Below, one piece after another: positions 52,190-64,000 of a stretch of 64,000 bases of DNA. The stretch is from Octopus vulgaris (lineage: Eukaryota), in the NCBI GenBank assembly GCA_951406725.2, contig OX597829.1:48484001-48548000 (forward strand). Direction: 5' to 3'. The notes beneath the pieces were generated by a model that made no database searches, was not told the origin of the DNA, and saw nothing but the letters and a program-made list of their open reading frames with translations. Each line of letters opens with the position of its first letter. Position 1 is the stretch's first letter. The translations under genes and the position numbers were made by a program.

Positions 52190-52435
52190 GCTGTGTACAC
52201 TGCATCTGTAGGGGTCGTCACTATATACAACTTGAGAAGGGCTGGTTGAGAAGTATTCCAACAAACCCCTCAATCATAGGTACATCAGCTCATGTAGTTG
52301 CACTTAAACTCAAAAGACCTCAACAGGAGTTTGATATTTGAATATGAAAGTTAAAGATACCCCAGATATGGCTGGTAAATGAATATGCAGGCAAAGATTG
52401 GTTGTATCAGTTTCTTAAGAAACATGTAAACAGGA
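52190..52435 (+). pseudogene. pogo/Tigger-like transposase remnant (CENP-B-type HTH region)
   Basis: WLVNEYAGKDWLYQFLKKH motif with upstream stops. Confidence 0.55.
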
Positions 52436-52671
52436 GTGTGGAAACCCTTTAAATGCAGGTGTGAGCACCATGTTCTTTTGCATATTGTGGTTAACAAAAA
52501 AATATATTATAACAAAAAATCCTTATTATTTTGCACTGCTTGCTGAACTGGACAAAGATGACGAGGCAACAAACAAAATTTTGAAACCTGTTCTGAGCAA
52601 AGATTTTTTTTATATACTTAGCCCCGTTACCCATTTTTTTAGGTGGGGTTAGCTACAACAAGACACACCAG

Positions 52672-52982
52672 GTATTCCATTCATTTCCCAGCTCAAAGAG
52701 ATGAGCCCCCTCATTCCATTCATTTCCCAGCTCAAAGACGCAAGACCCCTCATTCCATTCATTTCTCAGCTCAAAGAGATGAGCCCCATTATTCCATTCA
52801 TTTCCTAGCTCAAAAAGGCAAGGCCCCTTATTCCATTCATTTCCCAGCTCAAAGAGGTGAGCCCCCTCATTCCATTCATTTTCCAGCTCAAAGAGGCGAG
52901 CCCCCTATTCCATTCATTTCTCAGCTCAAAGAGGTGAGTCCCCTCATTCCATTCATTTCCTAGCTCAAAGATGCGAGCCCCC
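52672..52982. repeat. minisatellite, 39-bp unit, about 8 copies
   Basis: Unit CCATTCATTTCCCAGCTCAAAGAGATGAGCCCCCTCATT. Confidence 0.92.
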
Positions 52983-53838
52983 AAAAACAAGGCAAAGATT
53001 TTACATGCTTCGAATTTACATTTACTAGATGAGACACCATTGACAGGTATTTCTATTTCCTGTTGATCCATCAATATTCAATCCAAATATAAGAACATAT
53101 ACCGGATTAAGGGACAAATCAAAATAACAATGATGCTTAATTGAAGTTTTTTTTTTTTCTTTTCATGATTATGTCCTACTGCGATAATATTAACTACAAA
53201 GAAGGCCAAAAAAAGGAGCTGACAAATTCAAAAGATGTCAGTTGACAGCAAGCTTAAAGAATTGAATATCATAGCCAAAAGAAAACAAATGATAGTACTG
53301 AGATTGGGAAAGAAGCAGAGTGTCAAGCTTACGATTGTGAGGTTGTGAGTTTGAATCCCGGACCGGGCTGCATGTTGTGTTCTTGAGCAAGACATTTTAT
53401 TTTACATTGCTCCAGTTTACTCAGCTGTAGAAATGAGTTGCGATATCACTAGTGCCAAGCTGTATCGGCCCTTGCCTTTCCCTTGGATAACACTGGTGGC
53501 GTGGAGAGGGGAAGCTGGGACTGAAGGGGGTCTCAATAGAATAGAAAATTAAAATGATGCCTACACAGTTCCCTGATTGGCTTATAATTATTGATGTTTT
53601 CCAACATATTCCATAGCATATTCCAGCATACACCACTGAGGAGCAAAGTGCAACATTTAGACTTGGGTGCTGAATGAAAGAGAGATCACACAACTTTGGG
53701 AGGGATGCTAAATGAAAGGGGAAGAATTCTATTTAGTGTTTTTGATTATATATGCTTGAAAGCTGGATGTAGGTCAGCAGGCAATGGAAAGTGAACGAGT
53801 TTTTTCTCTGTTGAACTGAATTTAACCCAAGATGTTAA

Positions 53839-54060
53839 CCCTTTTGTTACCAACCTGGCCAAAACCGGCTCTGGCTCTGTAGTACAAATGTCTTATTTTC
53901 ATAAGTTTTGCATTAAAATATACCACCAAACCTTAGTCGCAATTTATGTTCCTAACACTAGCTTTAATGATAATTAAGTTATTTTACTAAATTCTTTGCT
54001 ATATTTAAAATAATTGAAAGAAACACAGAGCATTTCAAAATAAATACAGTAACGAAAGGG
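53839..54060. mobile_element. TTAA-flanked MITE (piggyBac-like ends)
   Basis: ttaa|CCCTTTTGTTAC ... GTAACGAAAGGG|ttaa. Confidence 0.8.
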
Positions 54061-54199
54061 TTAAAGAATAAAACATATCTAAGTATGAAAGTTGGCTCTC
54101 ATAAAATTCTAAGTGCTAATGGTGAGAAGAATGGAAAGGAGTGTACAGAAAAGTCTAGATCAAGGTTTCTATTCCTGGTTAAATATCCAGGAAACAAAC

Positions 54200-54770
54200 A
54201 GTTTCATCCATATCTATAAAATAGATGATGTAGAAGATTTATCATGTGCACCACATGGTGATGGATAATAGGTGATTGACTATAAATCAAACAGCCAGTG
54301 CTAATAGCATATTCCATGAGAGAGTTGAGAATTTTCTGCATAATGAACTTGACATGATGAATGTTTGTGCTTGGTGGTTGCCATGTCTTCTGACACCTGG
54401 TCAAAAGTGACCAGGCTGATCAGATCATGGGAAAATCTGACATTGTCTGATGCCAGCTGGTTTCCTTAAATGTTTTCTAACACAGGTTGAGTGTTGGGTT
54501 CATCACTTTGAGCCAGAGACTAAGAGACAATCCATGAAGTGGAAACATCTCTCATCACCTGCTCCAAAGACAGCTAAGGTAATTTCATATGCAGGCAAGA
54601 TGATGGCTGCAGTTTTTTGGGGATGCAAAAAGCATTGTGTCTGTTGACTACCTTCAAAAGCACCACACCATCAATGAAGTGTACCATGCCAACTTGCTGA
54701 GGCAGTTAAGAAAGGTTATCAAAACCAAACGCCTGGGAAAACTGACAACAGGGGTCTTATCTCATCAGGG
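54200..54770 (+). pseudogene. mariner transposase remnant
   Basis: WVHHFEPETKRQSMKWKH...AGKMMAAVFW and VDYLQK..TIN..YHANLLRQLRKVIKTKR.GKL, frameshifted. Confidence 0.88.
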
Positions 54771-55818
54771 TCTTATCTCATCTTATCTCAAAGGTGTTGT
54801 TGTCAAGTTTGATGTCTTGATGGTGTTTTGCAAAATGATCAGCTAGGCACTGGCCAGTTTGTCCAATGTACATGGAGTGTTGAAGAGTGCAAAGAATGCA
54901 GTAAATCAAATTACAAGAAGTGCAAGTTAATGAATCAGTAATTTGGTGGAGGTAATTATGAATATTTGTAGGGACAGTGGTGTTGAAGAGGGAAGAACAG
55001 GTGTGGCACTATGGACATGAGCAAAGGAAGGTGCCAGGAGTACTGTGCTGTACTTTGGACAAGTGTCTTCTGTTATAATCCTGGGCTCGTTAAAGTGATG
55101 AGAGTCAATTTGAGGGATGGAAACTGAAAGAAGCCTGTCATATATATGTGTGTGTGTATTATATCTATGTGTTTGTGTTTGTCTGTCAAGTGGTGATGGG
55201 GCACCACTTGACAGACAACCAGTGCTATTTTGTTTAAATCACCAATCTTAGCAGTTCAACAAAAGAGATCAAGAAAAAAATATCTGGCATCAATTTGTTC
55301 CACTAAACCCTTCAAGATGGTGCCCCAGCATGGTCACAATCCAAAAACTGAAACAAGTTAAAAATAAAATCTATCAAATTTTAAACAAACTCTGTTAAAA
55401 TCAAATAAGAAAAAGAAAGAAAAAATTTTCAGGTATTTTACATTTCCTCAAATGAAATGCTGACAGAAATCAATATTATATAGATATCAATTGACATTTA
55501 GATTCAGTCTGCTTTTGTCATCATTGTGCTGTCATCATTGCTGTCATTGGCATCACCATCTTTATCATTAACATTGCTGCCATTGTTAAAAGCACGATCA
55601 GAAAACAGGGGCCATTCAATATTTTTAAAAGTCATTAAGAACAATAATCTTGACTCAGTTTAATCAGAATAAATTAATTGTGAGTTATTATGTAATTCTA
55701 ATTTTAATTTTCTAAACAATTATTATAGTTTAATGTGTTCAGAAGTTTTATTTTTATTCAAAGTAATATACTTTGCTTTAGAAGATCACATTAATGAAAG
55801 AAATTCATCAATAGACAA

Positions 55819-55873
<55 letters not shown>

Positions 55874-55928
55874 GTGGTGATAGTGGTGGTGGTGGTGGTG
55901 GTGATGATGATGATGAGGAGGAGGAGGA
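55819..55928. repeat. compound trinucleotide microsatellite (GAT)n(GGT)n(GAG)n
   Basis: Seen directly in the sequence. Confidence 0.95.
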
Positions 55929-56024
55929 TCGTGATATATATATATATATGAAAAATAAGTGATATATTGCAACATGTGGCTATTCTGGAAAATGTCTTGA
56001 AGGGTTTTGGTCAAATGAATCAAC

Positions 56025-56765
56025 CTGATGAGATATGACGCTGTAGCTAGGATACTCTATAATGAAATCCATCAGAAGGATAATCCCAAAGACAAAGAAA
56101 TTAAGATCTGCAATATGGTAGAAGCCATAGGCACTCATAATAAAAAGGAATACTGTTGTAATGTCCCAGTGAAGACCCCAGTAAAAAGTAAATACAACAG
56201 GCCTGATATAATGATTTGGGATAGAGAAGAGAAACTGTGCCCAGTTGTGGAAAATAGTTACTCAGTGGATGTTAACATAAAGCTGAAGATCAGTGAAAAA
56301 GAGAATATCTATGCTGAACTATTGAGAAATCTGCAGTTGCTCTATCCAGATTACAAGTTCAGGTTTATACCTGTAATTATTGGGGCCCTGAAATATGAAA
56401 ACACTGTCTAAATACCAGTCTTGAGAAATTAGGTTTCTCAAAACCAGAAAGGGAGAAAGCTCATTCGAAGACTACAGATCCAATCAGTCACTGGAACTGT
56501 GAAAATCTGTAAAACTTTCCAGAAGTTGATCATTTAAATATATATGAGCATATCTAGATATGAAACTATATGCATGAGGATACATACATAAAACATACAT
56601 ATCTGTACATATATACATGCATGCATACATACATACATACACTCATACATACATACAAAAATACCCTGTTGTTGATGTTGAAATTCCAATGAAGGAACCT
56701 TGGATCTAAGTTAGAAACCAGCTCTTTTTCTATTGGCAAGAAATCTTGAAATAAACTAAATAATG
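56025..56765 (+). mobile_element. R4/Dong-like non-LTR retrotransposon 3' fragment (restriction-like endonuclease)
   Basis: RYDAVARILY (RHDxV-like), NRPDIMIWD, EKENIYAEL and IPVIIGAL motifs, then a 3' UTR ending in a (CATA)n microsatellite. Confidence 0.82.
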
Positions 56766-57639
56766 ACATACATACACACACACACACATACATACATACA
56801 TACATGCATACATACATACAAATGGAAAGTCTTTCTGAAAAACCCAAAACAATCAGCACTTCTTTTTTTCTCTTGACATTTTTACGTTTTATCATTTATT
56901 TCTTTTCTTCCATACTGAAAATTTCACAGATATATCAAAAACAGTAGACTTTGTTACCATTCTGTTTTATATTTTCTTCCTTTCTTTTTTGCCTCAACTT
57001 CCCTTATCTTTTGGTTAATAATGTTTCATCTCCTAAAATTCAGTAAATTATTTATAAATACATTGATAATAGAACTTCAAAACGGTCTGACTATCAATGG
57101 CATTAAATTGCTTGAAGCATAGTAGATGAAAGGATCTCATTTCATATGCCACATGAAAATAAATATTCATATCGTATTCTTTGTATGCATTGATATTTTG
57201 GAAAACTTCCTTTTTTTACCCTCAGCCTTTATAGCCGTTCTTAGCAGAAACGATTCTTCTTTTGCTGGTGCATTTTTTTTTCAGAAGAAGCACCCTTGAC
57301 GGTGCCATGTAAAAAAAGCAGCTGTGCTGGTGTTATGTATAAAGCACCTGTGTTGGTGCCACGTAAATAAAGCTCCCTTGTTGGTGCCGCATAAAATGCA
57401 CCCAGTATACTCTGTAGAATGGTTGGCATTAGGAGACATACAGCTGTAGAAACCAAGCCAAGACAAACATTTGGGGCCTGGTGCAGCTCTCAGGCTTGCC
57501 AGCTCCATGCCAGTATGGAAAATGGACATTAAGTGATGATGACAACGTTGATGATGATGATGGTATTAAATTGCTATAAACATAGTAGATGAAAAGATTT
57601 TATTTCATATGTCACATTAAAATAGATATATTGAATGGG

Positions 57640-57872
57640 CCAGTTATGCTGTACTGGCATAGGCCACAGCTATGGTCTCACTTGGCTTGCCGGGTCTTCT
57701 CAAGCACAGCACCCCTCCAAATGTCTCGGTCACTTGTCATTGCCTCTGCGAGGCCCAACGTTTGATCGTCGTGCTTCACCACCTCATCCCAGGTCTTCCT
57801 GGGCTTACCTCTTCCACAGGTTCTCTCCACTAGTGTGACACTTTTTCATACAGCTGCCCTCATCCATACGCA
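57640..57872 (-). mobile_element. RTE-clade LINE 3' fragment
   Basis: Reverse complement of the sequence type seen at 62670-62890. Confidence 0.75.
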
Positions 57873-58129
57873 CATTATTAATCATGAAAAGCTGAGTGAC
57901 AAGTAAGCATCTTCTTTTAGATGTTATCAATATCTTTATTAACCACAAAGGCTTGCAGAAAAAGCAAAATACAAAACATCAGATTTATAACATATGTAGA
58001 ATCGGGCGATTATAAGTTATGCTAATTATGAATTTGCTGTCGCTTTAACTTTTATTGGTTTCAGCCAGAGGCTACGGCCAGCTGGGATACAGGTTGAATG
58101 TAACAGATTTTTTTTTTGACACCCATTTC

Positions 58130-58548
58130 CTGGTCTTTTCTCTGGATTCATTTCTTGTTGAGTAACGATTTGGATAGAGCTGCTATTCTTTGTGTCAGAT
58201 TTTCGGCAATGTGGGTTCATCTGGTACCTTAACTAAAGATTTGTCCAAATGCACTATTTGAAAACATCTACATTTATACCCCACAGACCTCTAAGGTTGT
58301 TTGGCAGACTGCTGAAAAGTTGTGGGCCCTTATAATTGAGGTTGTTACAATACTGTGTCCTTGCTCTAGACTCAAGAGCTAGCATGCAGTTTTGGGATTG
58401 AAAGCTTTACTGATTACACAACTGGACACTGCTGCATCGCACCAAAGATCCCCTCCTTTGGTGTGATGCAGTGGTGTCCAGTTGTGTAATCGGTATAGCT
58501 CTCAATACCCAAATTGCATGCTAGCTCTTCCAAGACCTTCCAAACGTA
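58130..58548 (-). mobile_element. LINE (CR1-like) 3' fragment containing an internal inverted duplication
   Basis: Minus strand reads YVWKVLEEL..NLGIESYT..TGHHCITPK / SRARTQYCNNLNYKGPQLF..LP..LR / LVKVPDEPT. Confidence 0.7.
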
Positions 58549-58794
58549 TGTATGTATGTACATATGTATGTGTGTGTGTGTGTATTAATTAATTCTTATA
58601 TATATATATATATATATATATAGGTGCAGGAGAGGCTGTGTGGTAAGTAGCTTGCTTACCAACCACATGGTTCTGGGTTCAGTCCCACTGCGTGGCACTT
58701 TGAGCAAGTGTCTTCTACTTATAGCTTTGGGCCGACCAAAGCCTTGTGAGTGGATTTGGTAGACAGAAACTGAAAGAAGCCCATCGTATATATG

Positions 58795-58829
<35 letters not shown>

Positions 58830-59122
58830 TTGCCGTCCCAACATCGCTTGACAACCGATGCTGGTGTGTTTCCGTCCCCGCAACTTAGCAGTTAAGCATA
58901 AGAGACCGATAAAATAAGTATTAGGCTTACAAAAAAAATAAGTCCCGGGGTCAATTTGCTCGACTAAAGGCGGTGCTCCAGTATGGCCGCAGCCAAATGA
59001 CTGAAACAAGTAAAAGAGTAAAAGAATATATATATATATATATCGTCTGTAAACAAATCCAAGAAAGAAGCACACTCTAAGTTATAGAACAGTATATATT
59101 AAAGTTAGATAAAGCCGGTTTA

Positions 59123-59186
59123 TGGAGTTACCAAAGGTTTCACGTCCATGAAGGGCTTAGCTTTCTGGCGTATCTTCAGATTCCCA
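59123..59186 (-). ncRNA. type I hammerhead ribozyme motif
   Basis: Minus strand reads TGGGAAT-CTGAAGA-tACGCCA...TGGaCGT-GAAACC-ttt-GGTA-ACTCCA; core intact, stem I imperfect. Confidence 0.75.
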
Positions 59187-59579
59187 AACCTATTTCTTTA
59201 CTACCCACAAGGGGCCAAACACAGAGAGGACAAACAAGGACAGACAAATGGATTAAGTCGATTATATCGATCCCAGTGCGCAGCTGGTACTTATTTAATC
59301 GACCCCGAAAGGATGAAAGGCAAAGTCGACCTCGGCGGAATTTGAACCCAGAACGTAACGGCAGACGAAATACAGCTACGCATTTCGCCCGGCGTGCTAA
59401 CGATTCTGCCAGCTCGCCGCCTTTCGCCCGGCATGCTAACGATTCTGCCAGCTCGCCGCCTTAATGAATCCATCAAAACTGAGTTTCTAAGGCAAACCTT
59501 GTTAACTAAAGGCCATTCTAAAACATAGGGGTCCTTTCCTCCTCCATATTCCACAGAGGTCACTCGCTAAAGAGGCCTT

Positions 59580-59642
59580 TGGGATCTGATGATACGCCAT
59601 AACGCTAAACCCTTTATCGACGTGAAACCTAAGGTAATCCCA
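59580..59642 (+). ncRNA. type I hammerhead ribozyme, canonical core
   Basis: TGGGAT-CTGATGA-tACG...CGT-GAAACC-taa-GGTA-ATCCCA; perfect 6-bp stem I; predicted cleavage after A59636 (GUA). Confidence 0.85.
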
Positions 59643-59941
59643 TAAACCGGCCTTATCTAACTTTAATATGTGTGTGTGTTTGAACATGCATAAATCAACG
59701 TCGGCCGTTTTGAGTTACGTGATTTTCGACTTCATGTGTTATTTTTATATTAAAAAAAAATTAATGAAACAACAAAAGTCGATTTAACAGACTTTACACG
59801 GGTCACAACAAACACGTCTTAAAACATAAAAAATAAAAAGGAAAACACTAAAAAGCCAACACTAAAGTAGGATATCAAAAATAATTGTGAAAATACGAAC
59901 AAACCATTTATTAAAACAGATATAAGCTAATATATATATAA

Positions 59942-60328
59942 CTAGCAGTATCGCCCGGCGTTGCTCGGATTTGTAAGGGAAATAACTATATAAGCATTTT
60001 TAGAGAGTTATAGCAAAAAAACAGCAAAAAATGCAAAAAAAATTACGGTAAATTTTTTTTTAAATCGTTGACTCATCGTAGACATTTTTAGAGAGTTACT
60101 TCCCTTAGATAATAGCAAAAAATGCATTAAAATGGAAAAAAATGATGGTAAATTATTTTTTAAATCGTAGACTCATCGTAGACGCGCGCTAATACCCATA
60201 GGGCTCGATATGAATCACGACTATAAGATACCCGGTTTTGGTTAAACTGCACCGCAAAATGTGGGAGTAGTTAGAAATCTAAATCGTAGGAGACAGACAG
60301 CACACAACCTCACTTTTATATATAAAGA
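59942..60328 (-). mobile_element. complete non-autonomous Helitron
   Basis: Minus strand a|TCTTTATATATAAAAG...CCGAGCAACGCCGGGCGATACTGCTAG|t. Confidence 0.92.
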
Positions 60329-61650
60329 TGTATATATTTTGGTGTTACATCGTTTTTCGAGATGTCGCATGTCCTGGAACCAATTAGTGACATAAGTTGA
60401 GGTACACCTGTATATCACTGCTTATCTTTTGCGTCTTCTCTCTAGCAAGTAGAAAGTCGGGTCTTTTAATCTCTTTCTGCAGCTCATCTCAATGAATGAA
60501 CGAAAACGAAACTAGAGCTTTTGAAGGTTAAACATTCGCAACATGACCGTTAGAGTTATCTCCCTCTACAGTGTTAACAAAACAAAACTCGATTAAATGA
60601 TGTTTTCGGCACTGAATTTTACCGGACTTCTTAGAGAAGTCCGTTATGTTTATGGACTTTCCAGATGTAAAATTTACCAAAAATTAAATATAAGGTCAGT
60701 GAAATATCAAATTAATTTTAGCGACTAATAACCATAAATATTTAATTTTAAAATAATAATAATTCTTTCTTTCAAATTTTGATATAAGGCTAACTGTTTT
60801 AAGGTTAGGGTGGAAATTAATTACATCGGATCCTCAGTACTTCACTGGTACTTTATTGTTATCGACCCCGAAAGGATGAAAGGCAAAGCGGACCTCGGCG
60901 GAATTTGAACTCAGAACACGAAGACTAATAATTATAATAATGTTATTTATTTTTAAAATGAACCACGTTACATAACCGATTCGTTAACAACGGAAATATT
61001 CGCAACTACATTTCTTGAATTTCGTTTAATAATAATAATAATAATAAAACATTGTGTACAGTGCTCAGGTGCACTACAACTCATCTAAAGTGTATATATA
61101 ATCAGGTGTAGTTTCGGCGGATTTCGGAAAGCATGAGGGCCTTACATTCTTTTTCTTACATTCTTTTTCTTGTTTGTTGAAGTAAATAGAAGGTCGATGG
61201 TGTTCAGTTGTTCATGTCTTTCTCCAGATTATTAAGATCGTATGGAAGGACACGTTTTCGGTGTGGAATGACGAGGAGTGGTGGGGAAAATATATTATTT
61301 TCCACTTAATTACTCGAAACGAAAGTCAAGAAATGTTGTTGCAAGTATTCCCGTTGTTAACGAATCGGTTAAAGAATAGGGAATAGGACGGGATTCTGTG
61401 GTATTTATGTCATTCTGCAAGCAAGGGGGAAAAAATGTAAGAGAAATATTTATAATCAGAAATCGAAGTCGATCAATTGCAACGACACATGGCTCAATGT
61501 CACAACAAGAACAGTAACTCAGTAAACAAGCCGACGCGGTAGGGTCTTTTATGTGGTCACTCAGTCTGCTAGAAACAGCAGCCAAGCCCTTTTTGTTCAA
61601 ATCATTCCCTACCTCAGTGGTTCTCAACTTACTTTGACACGGAAGGAACC

Positions 61651-62291
61651 GGTACTATTTAAGAGGGTGGAGGCGCAATGGCCCAGTGGTTAGGGCAGCG
61701 GACTCGCGGTCATAGGATCGCGGTTTCGATTCCCAGACCGGGCGTTGTGAGTGTTTATTGAGTGAAAACACCTAAAGCTCCACGAGGCTCCGGCAGGGGA
61801 TGGTGGTGATCCCTGCTTTACCCTTTCACCACAACTTTCTCTCTCTCTTACTTCCTGTTTCTAGTGTACCTGTATTTCAAGGGGTCGGCCTTGTCACTCT
61901 CTGTGTCACGCTGAATATCCCCAAGAACTACGTTAAGGGTACACGTGTCTGTGGAGTGCTCAGCCACTTGCACGTTAATTTCACGAGCAGGCTGTTCCGT
62001 TGATTCGGATCAACCGGAACCCTCATCGTCGTAACCGACGGAGTGCTTCCACTATTTAAGAAGAGTGGTCTCGGTGCGCGCACTCGCGTACTCGCACATC
62101 CGCGCTAGCTAGTAGAGACTAGTCGATCCTACAACGACTACCTAGCAAAGTAAATAAAACACAAAATAAATAATTTTTTAAAAACAAAGTAAATAAAACA
62201 CAAAAAACACAAAGTAAGGATCGACTAGTCACAACTAGTTAGCGTAGATGCGCGAGTGCGCGCACCGGGACCACTCTTCTTAAATAGTACC
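61651..62291. mobile_element. MITE with long TIRs and 9-bp TSD (Merlin-like or MULE-like), with a SINE in the left TIR
   Basis: TSD GAAGGAACC (61642-61650 and 62292-62300); TIR GGTACTATTTAAGAAGAGTGGTC.CGGTGCGCGCACTCGCG... Confidence 0.85.
61665..62050 (+). mobile_element. tRNA-derived SINE, family C, full length
   Basis: 11-bp TSD ACTATTTAAGA; tRNA-like head. The 3' part is shared with about 36710-37030 and 13255-13540(-). Confidence 0.9.
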
Positions 62292-62599
62292 GAAGGAACC
62301 TTCATATAATCTTACAGAAATCGTGAAGCTCATATCTTTTGTCTTTTACTTGTTTTAGTCATTAGACTGCGGCCATGCTGGGGCACCGCCTTGGAAAATT
62401 TATTTTTAATCGAATGAATTAACTCCAGTACTTACTTTTTTTTTAAAGCCTAGTACTTATTCTATCGATTATCCGAACCGCTAAGTCACAGGGACGTAAA
62501 CACCTCAGCACCGGTTGTCAAACTGTAAAGGAGGACAGACACATGTATATATACATGCAGAAAGATATACACATGTAGAAACACACACACACAGGCGCA

Positions 62600-62900
62600 T
62601 AAGTTGGATTTAAGAAGCATCAGATGTGGTATGCAAGAGAGACGACTGCACTGGTATGGTCATGTGATGCATATGGATGAGGACAGCTGTGTGAAAAACT
62701 GTCACACCCTAGCAGTTGAGGGAACCTGTGGAAGAGGTAAACCCAGGAAGACCTGGGATGAGGTGTTAAAGTATGACCTTCGAATGTTGGGCCTAACTGA
62801 GGCGATGACAAATGACTGAGACCTTTGGAGATCTGCTGTGCTTGAAAAGACCCGGCAAGCCAAGTGAGACCATAACTGTGGCCTATGCCAGTGGGTGTAA
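62600..62900 (+). mobile_element. RTE (BovB-like) LINE 3' fragment
   Basis: ERRLHWYGHVMHM...VEGTCGRGKPRKTWDEVLKYDL. Confidence 0.88.
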
Positions 62901-63364
62901 CCAGCCCATTTAAGAGTGCCCTTCAATCATTGAGCAATAAACTGTGCTTTTGAAACCCTGTTGAGGCAAGTGAAGTTGATGTCATGGGTGATGACAGTAC
63001 AGCCTGATTGGCACCTGTGCCAGTGACATGTAGAAAGCACTATTTGAGCATGGCCAATGCCAGTACTGCCTGACTGACCCTCGTGCCGGTGGCACATAAA
63101 AAGCACCCACTGTACTCTCAGAATGGTTGGCATTAGGAAGGGCATCCAGCTCTAGGAACATTGTCAGATTGATTTGGAGTCTGGTGCAGTCTTCTGGCTC
63201 ATCATCTCTCACTCAAACTGTCCAACCCATGCCAGCATGAAAAGCAGATGTTAAATGACGACGACGATGATGATGATGTTTGTAGAAAAACATTAATCCG
63301 GAGAAGAAGCACACTTTAAGATGTAGAGCAGTTAATATTACATTGAGGGGGGGATGCTGGTTTA

Positions 63365-63427
63365 TGGGGTTACCCTGGGTTTCTTGTCTATAAGGGGTTT
63401 GATCTTATGGCATATCGTCATACCCCA
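63365..63427 (-). ncRNA. hammerhead ribozyme motif of the 59580 family with a C3A core mutation
   Basis: Minus strand reads TGGGGT-ATGACGA-tatgccATAAG..CTTATagacaa-GAAACCCAGGGTA-ACCCCA; a partial inverted copy follows at about 63440-63495. Confidence 0.65.
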
Positions 63428-63614
63428 AACCTGTTGGCCGTGCTGTAAGGCCAAATCCCTATGGATGAGAAACCCTGTGTAACCCCATAAACTGGTCACC
63501 CTCATTTGAGAATATTTAAACCACTTATATGGATAGTTTTATCAAAGATACCTTGCTTTAATATATTATATTTCTAAGAGGTATTTCTTCAATAAATATA
63601 TTATAAAGCATCAA

Positions 63615-63822
63615 ATATTATTAAGTTTGAAATGGAGAGATTCAATGGATAAAAATTAATTTATTAATTATTTAACATTGCCTACAATTGTTTCACTTTG
63701 CACCCAATTTAAATTACGGGACATGTATAATAACAAAAGTTTGCATTTTGTGCAGGCAATGTTGAATAATTAATAAATTTATTTATAGCCATTGAATCTC
63801 TCCTTTTCAAACTTGTTAAATA

Positions 63823-63823
<1 letters not shown>
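63615..63823. repeat. fold-back repeat (~70-bp arms) with a hammerhead-like 3' half
   Basis: Arms at about 63615-63686 and 63751-63823; minus-strand GAAACAATTGTA-GGCA at about 63678-63694. Confidence 0.75.
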
Positions 63824-63853
<30 letters not shown>

Positions 63854-64000
63854 AGAGTGTTAGAAGCGGCGTACAGATATTACTCTTTACTCTTTACTCT
63901 TTACTTGAATAAATATATATATAAATGAACAACCTGCTTGCACATTCACAATTTTATTTGACGTGTTTGAAGACAAACCAAAGGACTAATAATAACGAAT

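Noticed and set aside
52643-52963. Repeat-protein ORF (HSIHFPAQRDEPP)n
   Set aside because: It is the translation of a 39-bp minisatellite, the frame shifts within the array, the start is GTG, and there is no splice support.
61668-61745. tRNA gene (also 1618-1695 and the heads of family A SINEs)
   Set aside because: The tRNA-like head continues into a SINE body flanked by a TSD, with no proper acceptor stem or terminator.

Overview
AT-rich, repeat-dense animal genomic DNA. It is most likely a cephalopod (Octopus-like), inferred from the tRNA-derived SINE families, abundant microsatellites and a mollusc-like ND5 insertion. Almost all ORF-track entries are SINE or microsatellite artefacts. Supported content: (1) a minus-strand DMAC1/TMEM261-like (DUF4536) gene with two coding exons (43856-43523 and 40586-40363, about 185 aa) and a ~300-bp inverted repeat in its intron; (2) a probable plus-strand terminal coding exon (15890-16141); (3) an uninterrupted mitochondrial ND5 insertion (NUMT); (4) a decayed Penelope-like retroelement; (5) non-autonomous Helitrons, MITEs, and remnants of Tc1, mariner, pogo, hAT, RTE, CR1-like and R4-like elements; (6) several minisatellites. 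The most notable signal is a set of type I hammerhead ribozyme motifs in fold-back, Penelope-pLTR-like repeats. These include a three-copy family with compensatory stem changes and a non-canonical G3:C8 core variant. Coordinates were read by eye; ends of decayed repeats are approximate.
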